From Candidatus Hydrogenedentota bacterium (GTDB taxonomy: Bacteria; Hydrogenedentota; Hydrogenedentia; Hydrogenedentales; SLHB01): 64,000 bases of DNA. The stretch covers positions 576,001 through 640,000 of the forward strand of contig CAXXYE010000004.1 in the NCBI GenBank assembly GCA_963674865.2, in the 5' to 3' direction. How positions within the stretch are numbered: position 1 is the first letter of the stretch; each line of letters opens with the position of its first letter. Below the pieces are notes generated by a model. The model was given only the letters and a program-made list of their open reading frames with translations, had not been told where the DNA came from and ran no database searches. The position numbers were made by a program, and so were the translations under genes. This document shows, piece by piece, positions 9,821 through 20,142 of the stretch.

Positions 9821-10339
9821 ATGGCAATTGAAATCATCGTCTGCGAGCCCTTGAAGCAAGGCGAACTCTACGCATTCTACAAGCGCAACAACATATGCGA
9901 AGAAGGCTACGGCGAGGAAACGTCCGAACTCCCCCTCAAGCACGAAGGCGTATGGATAACCGCCTACGATGACGGCGAACTCATCGGTTTCGCTCGCGCT
10001 CTCTACGACGGCCTACACGGCATGATCATGGAAGTCGATTTGGACCTCAGATTCCAGAGCCGGAACGATTTCTACAACGGCTGCTTCATCGAAACCGACC
10101 CCCACGGCATCGCCAAGAACATGGCCACGGCGCTCCTCAAGGAACTGCGGAGAAGAGGCTGCCATTACTTCTCCAGCATTGTCTACCAAGACTCTTTAGA
10201 GAAGGACTTCTTCCGCTCCCTCGGATTTCGTGAAAACACGGGACACGTAGACTACACCATCGACGCCCGCCCCTACGTCCCCGGCGGCCTCGAGAGGGGC
10301 AAGCAGATTGACGCCGAAGAAGGAGGCAGACTTTGTTAG
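9821..10339 (+). CDS. GNAT-like fold hypothetical protein
   Basis: AYDDGELIGFARAL and FFRSLGF resemble GNAT motifs; RBS gggaggg. Confidence 0.6.
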   Translation: MAIEIIVCEPLKQGELYAFYKRNNICEEGYGEETSELPLKHEGVWITAYDDGELIGFARALYDGLHGMIMEVDLDLRFQSRNDFYNGCFIETDPHGIAKNMATALLKELRRRGCHYFSSIVYQDSLEKDFFRSLGFRENTGHVDYTIDARPYVPGGLERGKQIDAEEGGRLC

Positions 10340-11061
10340 CCAGTCAGCAGGACGGATTCGGCCACGCCCTATATGACTTCCACATAGGCAAGGGCTCCTA
10401 CGAAGTCGATGAACGAGACGACGGCTTTGTCGCGCCCTCCGACGGGCCACCAGCCTACTTCGCGTCGTACGAGGATTGGCCCGAACACCAGCGACAGGCC
10501 ATCGCCCTGGCTGCGGGCAAGATCCTCGACGTCGGCTGCGGGGCGGGCCGCGTCGCGCTACACCTCCAGGAGAAAGGGCTGGACGTTCTCGGCATCGACA
10601 CCTCCCCACTGGCCGTCAAAGTCTGCCGCTTGCGCGGCCTCAAGAAGGCTCGAGTCATGTCCATCACGGAACTCACCTGCAAGCTTGGGACCTTCGACAC
10701 CGTCCTCATGTACGGCAACAACTTCGGCCTGTTCGGCAGCTTCAAACGCGCACGGTGGCTTCTCAGGCGATTCCATGCCATGACGAGCGACCGCGCCCGC
10801 ATCATCGCCGAGACGACCGACCCTTACGACACCAAACAGCCGTGTCATCTCGCCTACCAGCGGCGCAACCGCAAGCGCGGCCGTATGTCCGGGCAACTCC
10901 GCATCCGCATCCGCTACCAGACTTACGCCACGCCTTGGTTCGACTACCTCCTCGCCTCGAAAGATGAGGTGCGCGCGATCCTCGACGGCACCGGCTGGCG
11001 CGTGGAACGCTTCATCGATGGCAACGGCCCCCACTACATCGCGATCATCGAGAAGATATAG
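10333..11061 (+). CDS. Class I SAM-dependent methyltransferase
   Basis: ILDVGCGAGR, FDTVLMYGNNFG; TTG start with aggagg RBS. Confidence 0.85.
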   Translation: MLASQQDGFGHALYDFHIGKGSYEVDERDDGFVAPSDGPPAYFASYEDWPEHQRQAIALAAGKILDVGCGAGRVALHLQEKGLDVLGIDTSPLAVKVCRLRGLKKARVMSITELTCKLGTFDTVLMYGNNFGLFGSFKRARWLLRRFHAMTSDRARIIAETTDPYDTKQPCHLAYQRRNRKRGRMSGQLRIRIRYQTYATPWFDYLLASKDEVRAILDGTGWRVERFIDGNGPHYIAIIEKI

Positions 11062-11073
11062 GAGAAGAAGGCA

Positions 11074-11919
11074 TTGCTCGACGAAATCGCGCGACACAAC
11101 AAGGAACGCTGGGAGCAGTTGGCTCAGGCGAACATCGCCTATTCGCGCCCCGCGCTCGACCTGGACGAGACCTCCGCCCGCGCCATGGTGGATCCCGAAG
11201 ACATGATGGGGGACGCGGCAGTAAAGGACGTGTTGTGCCTGGCGGGTGGGGGAGGGCAGCAATCCGCCGCCTTCGCGCTCCTGGGCGCCTGCGTCACCGT
11301 GCTGGATCTTTCAGAGACTCAGCTCGAGCGCGATCGCCAGGCCGCTAGCCACTATGGAACGGACGTCCGCACCATCCAGGGCGACATGCGCGACATGACA
11401 TCCCTCCAGGACAGTACCTTCGACCTCGTCTGGCACGCACACTCCCTGAACTTCGTGCCCGACGCGCGACAGGTGTACCGCGAAGTCGCGCGCGTGCTGC
11501 GGCCCGGCGGGCTGTATCGCCTGGAATGCACCAACCCGTTCATCCACGGCACCTGGGAGAAAAGCTGGGACGGCAACGGCTATCCGCTCCATTATCCCTA
11601 TCTGGACGGTGCCGAGGTCGTCGACCAAGACCCCTACTGGGACGTCGATGACGGCGCCGGCAACGTGCGTCGCGTGATCGGCCCCCATGAGTTTCGCCAC
11701 GCCCTCAGCACGCTCGTCAACGGCCTCATTGCGTGCGGATTCGTTCTCCTCGGCCTGTGGGAGGACGCCAAGGGCGACCCCGACGCGGCCCCCGGCACCT
11801 GGAGACACTTCAAGACGGTGGCCCCGCCTTGGCTCTCCTTCCGGGCACGCCTCAGTCCCGACGCCCCGCCGGCTACTCCATGTGCTGCACGCGCACCTCG
11901 ATGCCCGGCGTGTCCTTGA
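11074..11919 (+). CDS. Class I SAM-dependent methyltransferase
   Basis: VLCLAGGGGQQ, QGDMRD, VLRPGG. Confidence 0.85.
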   Translation: MLDEIARHNKERWEQLAQANIAYSRPALDLDETSARAMVDPEDMMGDAAVKDVLCLAGGGGQQSAAFALLGACVTVLDLSETQLERDRQAASHYGTDVRTIQGDMRDMTSLQDSTFDLVWHAHSLNFVPDARQVYREVARVLRPGGLYRLECTNPFIHGTWEKSWDGNGYPLHYPYLDGAEVVDQDPYWDVDDGAGNVRRVIGPHEFRHALSTLVNGLIACGFVLLGLWEDAKGDPDAAPGTWRHFKTVAPPWLSFRARLSPDAPPATPCAARAPRCPACP

Positions 11920-12652
11920 CGAGTTCCGCCAGTTTCGGCACATCCGTGTTGCCCGTGTGGTAGGGGTAGAGGATCTTCGGCTTGAACGACCTCGCCGCGT
12001 CCGCCGCCATCTCCGGACTCATGGTGTAAGGCAGGTTCATCGGCAGAAACGCCACGGCGATATCCTTGAGCCGCGCCATCTCGGGAATGTTCTCCGTGTC
12101 GCCCGCCACGTACACCCGCTTGTCCCCGAAGGTGATGACGTACCCATTGCCCGCGCCCTTCGGATGATACGGCTCCCCGCTCGACCGCATGTGCACCATG
12201 TTATACGCCGGCACGGCTTCAATCTTCAGCCCTTGCACCGTCTTCACATCGCCGTTCTTCATCACCACGCCGCCTTCGACCTTCTCCGCGCAGCGTTCCG
12301 TCAGCACTACTGCCGTCTTCTCCGTGCGCAGCATCTTGATCACGGCCGGATCCAAATGATCCCCGTGCTCGTGCGTGACGAGGATCAGATCCGCCTTGGG
12401 CAGCTTCGTATAATCCGCCTCCCGCGCCACGGGATCCACGTGGATGACCTTCCCCTGAAACTCGAACATCAGCGTCGCGTGTCCCACAAACGTGATCGCC
12501 AGATCGCCCGCCGTTGTCTTGATTGTGTCCCTCTCGAAGCGCGGCGCCGCCGGCCCTGCCTGCATTCCCGTCGCCCCGGAACCCTCCTCGCCCGCTGCCA
12601 ACGAGCATACCCCCGCCAACACCAACGTACACGCCAGTAACCAGATATGCAT
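11873..12652 (-). CDS. Secreted MBL-fold metallo-hydrolase
   Basis: Signal peptide; GHATL, THEHGDH, AGDT, PYH motifs. Confidence 0.88.
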   Translation of the reverse strand: MHIWLLACTLVLAGVCSLAAGEEGSGATGMQAGPAAPRFERDTIKTTAGDLAITFVGHATLMFEFQGKVIHVDPVAREADYTKLPKADLILVTHEHGDHLDPAVIKMLRTEKTAVVLTERCAEKVEGGVVMKNGDVKTVQGLKIEAVPAYNMVHMRSSGEPYHPKGAGNGYVITFGDKRVYVAGDTENIPEMARLKDIAVAFLPMNLPYTMSPEMAADAARSFKPKILYPYHTGNTDVPKLAELVKDTPGIEVRVQHME

Positions 12653-12889
12653 CCCGCGCCCCTCCTCTCATATTCCGGCCCACAGCCCCAACGAGCGCGC
12701 CACACCCTCACCTGAGAGTCTCCCGCATAGCTCAGGCGTTGTCAACCGTCTCGCAGCCAACGGACTCCCATCTGTCGAGACATCGCACAACTTCTGCAAA
12801 CACACGACGCAGATCTGCTCTCCACCTCCCTGTGCTCCGTGGTGAAGATGGCAACATCAGAGAACCGCTTGCCGCACGGACACCGTCAC

Positions 12890-12927
12890 TCCGCGCTCCT
12901 CTGCGTCCTCAGCGACTCTGCGTTCGA
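12890..12927. repeat. ~9-nt periodic ctc(t/c)gcg repeat tract
   Basis: ctccgcgctcctctgcgtcctcagcgactctgcgttc; matches 6486-6523. Confidence 0.7.
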
Positions 12928-13002
12928 GTTCCCTCACCCCCGCGTCGGGCAAGCCTTACCCTTCGCCCCCCTCGGCTCCATCGCGCTACACCTACGATTG
13001 CG

Positions 13003-15174
13003 TCAGTACTGAACTTCCTCGGAGGCGCCTTTCGATACGCGCCCCCTGAAATGACTTAGTCGGCTTATGGTGAACGTCCTTACGAGCGTCTTCCCGCGCC
13101 AAACGTTCACCGTTTCGAGGCACTTCCCGTCGTCGAAGGCCCCCAAGCCTACCATGGCCGCGATGTAGCGCTGCGCCCGCTCCTCATCGCTGCCCGTCAC
13201 GAAGATCCCGTCCCGGCCGATGTACTTCTCGGGATTGGCCCAGATGTCGTATTGGTTCATCCGCCGCATCCCCGTGTCGAGGCAGTGAACGAAAGGATGC
13301 CCCTTCGTGTAGAACGCGAGCCACGCAGTGATCTGATACCTGTCGCTGAAGAGGAAGGGGCCCGTATCCTTGCCGGAGCCGACATACTTAGACACCGCTT
13401 CCCCCAGTTCGCGTCCGCCGATGAGCTTATTCGTGGGATCCTTCGACGGCGAAATCTCGAATCCTGAGAGATGGATGCGATCCGGCCTGTCTCCCTCTTT
13501 CACGAAGGGCGCCGTCGCCCAGTACAGTAGCCCGGTTGACCTCGCCCCGAGGCCCAACGCACACCCAAGAACCACACCCGCCACAAGCAGATTCCTCATC
13601 TTTTTGCCGCGCGGCACGCCGTACCACGTTAGGCCCAGAGCCGGCGCCGTCGCGAGATACGAGCAAGCCGACCAGTTGGGAAGCGACTTGCGCGTGAAGG
13701 CGAGCACGCCGTAGAAGCCGAACAAGACGATGAAACAGAGAAACAGATACGCCGCATCGCGCTCGGCCCTGAAACGCCGGGCCGTACGCACCATCGCCCA
13801 GATGAACAACCCAAACAAGATGGGGGACACTACCCCCAACTGCCCCCCGAGAAAATCCCCAAAATACTTGATCGACTTGCCGGGCGAACGGACACCGCGC
13901 GCGCCGATGCTGGCCGTATGCTTAACGGAGACCCAGTCGTTCGAGTAGTTCCAGTAGATGACCCCGCTCATCAGCAGAAGAGCGATGAGTACGGCGCAGT
14001 ACGGTTTGCGAGTAAGCAGCCATTTCCTGTCCACTAACAACAGATAAAGCGCGAACGACACGCCAAGCAGCAACATCGTGTACTTCGAGAGGGTTCCCAG
14101 ACCGAGGGCCATCCCCGCCGTGAGCCACCATGACCAGCCCCCCTCGTTGACCGCCCGATGAAAGGCGTACATCGCGAGCACCCAGAAGAACGCGAGGATA
14201 GGATCAACCGTGAGAATGACCGACCCCGCCCAGATCAACGGCGTGGCCATCAGCGCAATGGCCGCCAGCAGCGCCGCCCGCTCACTCTTGGCGATGCGCA
14301 GTGTCAAGCCGTAGACCAAAGCCAGCATCCCTGAGGTGAACAGTATGGCCCCGCTACGAATGGCCCACGGCGCGCTGCCTCCGGCCCCTTCGAGAATGGC
14401 GTTCACGTAAGCGACCATCGGCGGTTTGCTGTAGTAACCAAGTTCGAGCCTACGCGACCAGTCCCAGTACTGAGCCTCGTCCCCGGCCAGGTCGAAAAGG
14501 TTGAGATGCACGAAAACGAAATTGAACAGAGTCCATCCCGCCAAGAGCCAGAGGAATTTCTTGCGCTCGGGCGAAGCCGCCGCGAAGAGTGACTCCTCCG
14601 AGGCCTTTCCGCGAAGACGCTCCACGACTACGGAAACCGCCTTGAACATGGCGAAGCCGCATGCGCCGCCCCAAAAGTAGCCGGCCAATACGTCCAGGGG
14701 ATAGTGATTTCCCGTGTACACCCTCGAAAGGCCCACGGCCAGCGCAAGGGGAACCGTCCCCCAGAGCGTGCGGCGGTGAAGAAAGAATAACACCGCGGCC
14801 ACGGCGGCAATGTTGGCCGCATGAGAGGATGGAAACGCGTTGCTCTGCCGCTTGTCAAACGCATACCACGCCGGATCATAGAGTACCCACTTCCCGCCCC
14901 GGTGGACGTGCACGTTCTCCAATACGGCGTAAGGCCGCTTCTCATTGAAGATGTTCTTGAGAGCGTGCTCCGTAAGAGCATCGGAGAAAGCAAGGGCACA
15001 GACTAGCGCAAGAACGCACGTGCGAACGCGCCTCCTGCCGAAGTACACCAGCAAAACAAGGACAACGAAGCCAGGGATAACGACGTAGTTCTTGTCCGAG
15101 AACGCCGGCAAGACCTGATCCAGGAAAGGGTTCTTCATCGTGCCGTTGATGAATCGAAAGACGGCGACGTTCAT
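13003..15174 (-). CDS. PAP2 phosphatase fused to an ArnT/PMT-family (GT-C) membrane glycosyltransferase
   Basis: PAP2 motifs KNIFNEKRP, PSSH, SRVYTGNHYPLD; ArnT motifs DEAQYWDW, YYSKPP, LSKYT; many TM helices. Confidence 0.85.
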   Translation of the reverse strand: MNVAVFRFINGTMKNPFLDQVLPAFSDKNYVVIPGFVVLVLLVYFGRRRVRTCVLALVCALAFSDALTEHALKNIFNEKRPYAVLENVHVHRGGKWVLYDPAWYAFDKRQSNAFPSSHAANIAAVAAVLFFLHRRTLWGTVPLALAVGLSRVYTGNHYPLDVLAGYFWGGACGFAMFKAVSVVVERLRGKASEESLFAAASPERKKFLWLLAGWTLFNFVFVHLNLFDLAGDEAQYWDWSRRLELGYYSKPPMVAYVNAILEGAGGSAPWAIRSGAILFTSGMLALVYGLTLRIAKSERAALLAAIALMATPLIWAGSVILTVDPILAFFWVLAMYAFHRAVNEGGWSWWLTAGMALGLGTLSKYTMLLLGVSFALYLLLVDRKWLLTRKPYCAVLIALLLMSGVIYWNYSNDWVSVKHTASIGARGVRSPGKSIKYFGDFLGGQLGVVSPILFGLFIWAMVRTARRFRAERDAAYLFLCFIVLFGFYGVLAFTRKSLPNWSACSYLATAPALGLTWYGVPRGKKMRNLLVAGVVLGCALGLGARSTGLLYWATAPFVKEGDRPDRIHLSGFEISPSKDPTNKLIGGRELGEAVSKYVGSGKDTGPFLFSDRYQITAWLAFYTKGHPFVHCLDTGMRRMNQYDIWANPEKYIGRDGIFVTGSDEERAQRYIAAMVGLGAFDDGKCLETVNVWRGKTLVRTFTISRLSHFRGRVSKGASEEVQY

Positions 15175-15461
15175 GCTCTCATACCTTCCCTTTGCTCGGT
15201 TTTAGCCTTCTCAAGTCTCCCGAATGGCACGCTCGCATGTCAACCGCCCATCGCGCCTCCGCCAAATCCACCGCCTCTTGGCAGAAATGCCGAAAACTGC
15301 TAAAATCCAGACAAGGGAAGCGTAGCCACAGGCAAGCATCCGGCATCCCAGGAGGGAGGTCAGCCGTGGGAACGCACAGATTGGCGCAGATTCACACCGC
15401 CCCGAAGGCGGCCCCGCATGCCACGCGCCGCAAAGTCCCACCTGCGGGCCACGCACGCGAT

Positions 15462-16277
15462 ATGGCCCCGGCCCTCCACATCGACCACGCCGCCATCCTT
15501 CGCGCGGCCCGGCAGCACGGCCCCGGGGCCAACATCATCCTGATCTTCCTTCGCCAGCTCTTTCGCGAGACCCTCGTCCGCCGCTGGAAAGGCATCGACT
15601 TCCGGCGCAACCGCAACGACGACGCCTGCAATGCTTACTGCGCCATGGAGGTCTACGAGTTCACCACGATCAACGCCCGCCAAGCGTGGGCCAACTGGCG
15701 AACGATCCCCCGCAACCTCGACCAGAAACTCCCCGGCCGGCCCGTCAGGGCCATCGACCTCTGCTGCGGCACCGGCGAATCCACCGCCGTGCTGGCCCAC
15801 TACTGCGCGCCCGGCTCAACCATCCTTGGCATCGACTACAACCCCCGCTTCCTCGAAGTCGCCCGCGCCCGCGACTACCTCAACAGCCACGGGGGGACCG
15901 CGTCTGTGTCATTCCGCGCCCAAAGCGTCCTCGAAACACTCCGCGACGCCGACGGCGTACCCATCCCCGACAACAGCATCGACCTTGTCAACGCCAGCGG
16001 CGCCGTCGGCTGCCACTTCGACTCCGAGGCCGCCGCCATCCTCGCCCGTGAATGCCAACGCGTCATCCGCCCCGGTGGACTCGCCAACATCGACACCGGA
16101 CGCCAAGGCACCCCGCGCGATGTACTCGCCCGCATCTTTGCCCGACACGGATTCACCGTCGTCGGCCAAGCCCGTAGCTGCTTCCTCGACCGCTACACCC
16201 AGCTCAGCCTCCGCAAGGACGCCGCATCAGGGGACATGTTCAAAGCGCCTTCCCCGGCACGACTACGTGTCCCCTGA
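15462..16277 (+). CDS. Class I SAM-dependent methyltransferase
   Basis: AIDLCCGTGEST, VIRPGG; start uncertain (ORF open from 15192); last ~16 codons lie inside a REP repeat. Confidence 0.75.
   Translation: MAPALHIDHAAILRAARQHGPGANIILIFLRQLFRETLVRRWKGIDFRRNRNDDACNAYCAMEVYEFTTINARQAWANWRTIPRNLDQKLPGRPVRAIDLCCGTGESTAVLAHYCAPGSTILGIDYNPRFLEVARARDYLNSHGGTASVSFRAQSVLETLRDADGVPIPDNSIDLVNASGAVGCHFDSEAAAILARECQRVIRPGGLANIDTGRQGTPRDVLARIFARHGFTVVGQARSCFLDRYTQLSLRKDAASGDMFKAPSPARLRVP
16227..16277. repeat. REP-like family D palindrome (ggggacatgttcaaagcgcc.tccccggc.cgactacgtgtcccc)
   Basis: Inverted ends tcaggggacatgt / acgtgtcccctga; further copies at 19580-19636 and 20086-20127. Confidence 0.8.
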
Positions 16278-16341
16278 TCCCCTCATCCTGTCAATCCTGT
16301 CGAAAAAGAGTCCCCACATTCCCCCGTCCCGGCGACCTTAC

Positions 16342-17490
16342 CTAGCGCCCCCGACCCCGCCCTAGCCGCTCAAGAAACGAACGCCGCCGCGGATACGCCC
16401 CCGGCTCCTCGATCTCCTTCAACCGGCGCACAACCTCCTCGGCCTCACGCGACAGCCGCGTCGGTACTTCAACCTGCACCCGCACCAACTGATCGCCCTT
16501 GCCGCGTCCGCGAAACGCGGGCAATCCAAGGCCGCGCAGACGCAGCACCTGCCCGGACTGTGTCCCGGCGGGCACTCGGAGGTCGGCCTGGCCCTTCAAC
16601 GTGGGCACGCGGATCGTATCGCCCAGGGCCGCCTGTGCAAACGTGATCGGCGCCTCGCACACGACGTCGTTCCCGGAGCGCTCGAAGAAGGCATCTTTCA
16701 AGACGTTGACGACAACAAACAGATCTCCGCTCGGTGCGCCCGCTTCACCCGCATTGCCTTGCCCCGCCAGCCGCAGCCGCGTTCCGGTATCCGCGCCCGC
16801 AGGTATCGTCACAGTAACCGTGCGCGATTCCGTTGTCTGCCCCGCGCCTTTGCATGCCGCGCATAACTTGGCAATAACCTGCCCCGTGCCGTGACACTTC
16901 GGACAACTCTGGCTGACGAAGACGTGCGCTCCGCCGCCCTGCGTCGCCTGCCCGGAGCCATGACACTGCGGACACGTCTCCGGCTTAGTGCCCGGCGCCG
17001 CGCCGGTGCCCTTGCACGTTCCACAGGCCGCCCGGCGTGGCACGCGCACCGTTTTCTTCACGCCATCGACCACGTCAAACAGCGACACGTCCAGGCGGAC
17101 CTCGATGTCCTGGCCCCTCCGAGGCCCCGCAGGCCTCGCCTTTCCGCCGCGGCCGAACAGATCCCCGAAAAGATCGCCCAGCGAGAAGTCGAATCCGAAA
17201 CCTTCACCCGCCCCGTACCCTTCCTGCGCATTTCCCTGGAAGCCCGGGCCGCCCCAGAACGGGCTGGCCTGCATCGCGTCGTATTCCTTGCGCTTCTCCG
17301 GATTCTTCAGCGTATCGTAAGCTGCATTGATCTCCTTCAACTTCTCCTCGGCCGCCTTATCGCCGCCCGTCTTATCGGGATGATACTTCCGGGCCAGCTC
17401 AAGGTACGCGCGGCGGATCTCCTCCTTCGACGCGTCCTTCGACACGCCAAGGATCTCATAGTAGTCTTGTCTCGTCGCAGTAGCTGGCAT
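16342..17490 (-). CDS. dnaJ: Molecular chaperone DnaJ
   Basis: DYYEILGV, HPD motif, G/F-rich linker, four CxxCxGxG zinc-finger repeats. Confidence 0.95.
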   Translation of the reverse strand: MPATATRQDYYEILGVSKDASKEEIRRAYLELARKYHPDKTGGDKAAEEKLKEINAAYDTLKNPEKRKEYDAMQASPFWGGPGFQGNAQEGYGAGEGFGFDFSLGDLFGDLFGRGGKARPAGPRRGQDIEVRLDVSLFDVVDGVKKTVRVPRRAACGTCKGTGAAPGTKPETCPQCHGSGQATQGGGAHVFVSQSCPKCHGTGQVIAKLCAACKGAGQTTESRTVTVTIPAGADTGTRLRLAGQGNAGEAGAPSGDLFVVVNVLKDAFFERSGNDVVCEAPITFAQAALGDTIRVPTLKGQADLRVPAGTQSGQVLRLRGLGLPAFRGRGKGDQLVRVQVEVPTRLSREAEEVVRRLKEIEEPGAYPRRRSFLERLGRGRGR

Positions 17491-17616
17491 ACAACCTCAC
17501 CTTCCACGGGAGGGGCACGTTTCTGCGTGCCCGTGCCGGAGCAAGAACCCGCCCCTCCTCGTTGTCGAATACGTCACCGAACGCACAAGACGGCTTGCCA
17601 AAACGGCCGCGCCGCC

Positions 17617-19524
17617 TTACTTGTCGTCAACAACCGTGTAATCGGCATCCACCGCAGCTCCGCCGTTGTCATCGGCAGGCCCACCATGGGGCGCAGCGGC
17701 GCCCGCGGTGGCATGCTCTTCGGCGCCGGCCGTGCGATACATCGCCTCGGCCAACTTGTGCGACGCAGCATTTACGCCCTCCACGGCCGACTCGATGGCC
17801 GCTGTATCATCGCCTTTCAACGCCTCGCGCAGGCCATCCAAAGCCGACTCGATGGCTGCCTTGTCCGACGCGTCGATCTTGTCCTCGTTCTCCTTGAGCG
17901 ACCTTTCCGTCGCATAGAGGAGCTGATCGGCGTTATTCCGCACTTCGATGCCGCGCCGGCGCTCGCTATCCTCCTGGGCGTGCGCTTCGGCGTCCTTCAC
18001 CATCCGCTCGACTTCCGCCTCGCTCAGGCCCGACGACGCCTCGATGCGAATCTTCTGCTCCTTGCCCGAGGCCACGTCCTTGGCCGAAACGTGCAGGATG
18101 CCGTCCGCGTCGATGTCGAACGTCACCTCGATCTGCGGCAGGCCGCGCGGCGCGGGGGGGATGCCCTCCAGGTTGAACCGGCCCAGCGTGCGGTTATCCG
18201 ACGCCATCTCGCGCTCGCCCTGGAGCACGTGAACCGTCACGGCAGTCTGGTTGTCGGCCGCGGTCGAGAAGACTTCCCGCTTCGACACCGGAATCGTCGT
18301 ATTACGATCCACCAGCTTCGTGAACACGCCGCCCAGCGTCTCCACACCCAGCGAAAGCGGCGTCACGTCCAGAAGAAGCACGTCCTTCACCTCGCCTGAC
18401 AGGACCCCTGCCTGGATGGCCGCGCCTATCGCCACCACCTCATCGGGATTGACGCCGCGGTGCGGCTCCGTCCCGAACAGACGCTTCACGAGCTCGCCCA
18501 CGGCCGGCATGCGCGTCATGCCGCCTACCAGGATCACCTCGTCGATATCCGACGCCTTCAAACCGGCATCCTTCAGGGCCTGCTCGCAGGGCGCCTTCGT
18601 CCTGTCAAGCAGGTCGCCGCACAAATCCTCCAGCTTCGCACGCGTCAGCCGGTAGTTCAGATGCTTCGGGCCGCCTGCATCCGCCGTGATAAACGGCAGG
18701 TTCACATCCGTTTGCAGCGACGTCGACAGCTCGCACTTCGCCTTCTCGGCCGCCTCTTTGAGACGCTGCAACGCCATCGCGTCCTTGCGCAGGTCGATGC
18801 CCTGCTCCTTCTTGAACTCATCCGCCAGCCAGTCGATCACGCGCTGATCGAAATCATCGCCGCCCAGGTGCGTGTCGCCGTTAGTGCTCAGCACCTCGAA
18901 GCTTCCGCCCGCCAGCGCCAGAATCGAGATGTCAAAGGTTCCGCCGCCCAAGTCGAACACGGCGACCTTCTCATCCTTCTTTTTTTCCAGCCCGTAGGCC
19001 AGCGCCGCGGCGGTCGGCTCATTGATGATGCGCAAGACCTCGAGTCCCGCAATGCGCCCTGCGTCCTTCGTCGCTTGACGCTGCGAGTCGTTGAAATACG
19101 CCGGCACCGTGATAACGGCCTTCGTAACCTTCTGTCCCAGATAGGTTTCCGCCGCTTCCTTCATCTTCTGAAGGATCATGCCGGAGATCTCCGGCGGACG
19201 ATGCCGTTTGCCTTGCGCCTCGACATCACAGTCCCCCGAGCGTGCCCGGCTCACCTTATACGGAACAAGGGTGATCTCCTCGGACACCTCATCGTAACGT
19301 CTTCCCATAAAACGCTTTATCGAGAAGACCGTGTTCTCGGGATTTGTGACGGCCTGACGCTTCGCGGCCGCGCCCACCAGACGCTCACCGTCCTTGGTGA
19401 ATGCCACTACCGACGGCGTAGTCCGGCTCCCTTCCGGATTTGTTATGACGGCCGGGTCGCCGCCTTCCAAGACAGCGACGCATGAATTGGTCGTTCCTAA
19501 GTCGATTCCAATGGTCTTTGACAT
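17617..19524 (-). CDS. dnaK: Molecular chaperone DnaK (Hsp70)
   Basis: [36 protein letters not shown]. Confidence 0.98.
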   Translation of the reverse strand: MSKTIGIDLGTTNSCVAVLEGGDPAVITNPEGSRTTPSVVAFTKDGERLVGAAAKRQAVTNPENTVFSIKRFMGRRYDEVSEEITLVPYKVSRARSGDCDVEAQGKRHRPPEISGMILQKMKEAAETYLGQKVTKAVITVPAYFNDSQRQATKDAGRIAGLEVLRIINEPTAAALAYGLEKKKDEKVAVFDLGGGTFDISILALAGGSFEVLSTNGDTHLGGDDFDQRVIDWLADEFKKEQGIDLRKDAMALQRLKEAAEKAKCELSTSLQTDVNLPFITADAGGPKHLNYRLTRAKLEDLCGDLLDRTKAPCEQALKDAGLKASDIDEVILVGGMTRMPAVGELVKRLFGTEPHRGVNPDEVVAIGAAIQAGVLSGEVKDVLLLDVTPLSLGVETLGGVFTKLVDRNTTIPVSKREVFSTAADNQTAVTVHVLQGEREMASDNRTLGRFNLEGIPPAPRGLPQIEVTFDIDADGILHVSAKDVASGKEQKIRIEASSGLSEAEVERMVKDAEAHAQEDSERRRGIEVRNNADQLLYATERSLKENEDKIDASDKAAIESALDGLREALKGDDTAAIESAVEGVNAASHKLAEAMYRTAGAEEHATAGAAAPHGGPADDNGGAAVDADYTVVDDK

Positions 19525-19579
19525 GACTCGAATACCTCCTTGACAAAACAGAGTTCAGAGCGTGCGAACGAGTGCCTGA

Positions 19580-19636
19580 GGAAAAGGGGACATGTTCCAA
19601 GCGCCGTCCCCGGCGCGACTACGTGTACCCTTTTCC
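19580..19636. repeat. REP-like family D palindrome in the dnaK leader
   Basis: ggaaaaggggacatgt...acgtgtacccttttcc. Confidence 0.8.
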
Positions 19637-19723
19637 AGCCACCACGACCTCCTTCACAGACTCTCAGCGCCGCCCGGCCTAGACATACCGGCCGGGGACC
19701 GGCTTCTACCTCGCCAAGGTAGG

Positions 19724-19740
19724 CGCAAAGCACATGCCAA
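19724..19740 (-). promoter_or_regulatory. Sigma54 (-24/-12) promoter for dnaK-dnaJ
   Basis: Minus strand reads TTGGCATGTGCTTTGCG: GG-N10-GC with TGGCA and TTGC consensus, 200 nt upstream of dnaK. Confidence 0.7.
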
Positions 19741-20085
19741 GAGCTTCTGAAGCGTAGAACGTGGTGGGCGGCGGCCCAATGCCCCACGAAGACGGAACGC
19801 AAGTACCCATCAGAAAATCACTTACGAACGAACAAGCATGTTCCGCCCTTATGGACGGCATTCCATGGTAAAAGCGTCTTCAATAGGCCGTCCGTCTCAG
19901 TCTGAAACACCCCCGCCCCCATTTGGAACAGCTCAACGCCACTTCGCAAGGCCACACACGGCCGTCACCAGCACACAGCACGGGATTCTGAAATCCTGAG
20001 ATCTGAGATCTCCTCGTCCTCGGCGCCACAAACCGGCCCCAAACCCTTTCGCGCGCCTGGTTCCTTGCCGCCGCAACGAAATCGG

Positions 20086-20127
20086 GGGGCATGTTCAAAG
20101 CGCCGTCCCCGGCGCGACTGCGTGTCC
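20086..20127. repeat. REP-like family D palindrome
   Basis: ggggcatgttcaaagcgccgtccccggcgcgactgcgtgtcc. Confidence 0.75.
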
Positions 20128-20142
20128 ACTAATCTCGACCCG

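Noticed and set aside
16891..19485. 502-aa and 341-aa plus-strand ORFs
   Set aside because: Antisense shadows of dnaJ and dnaK.
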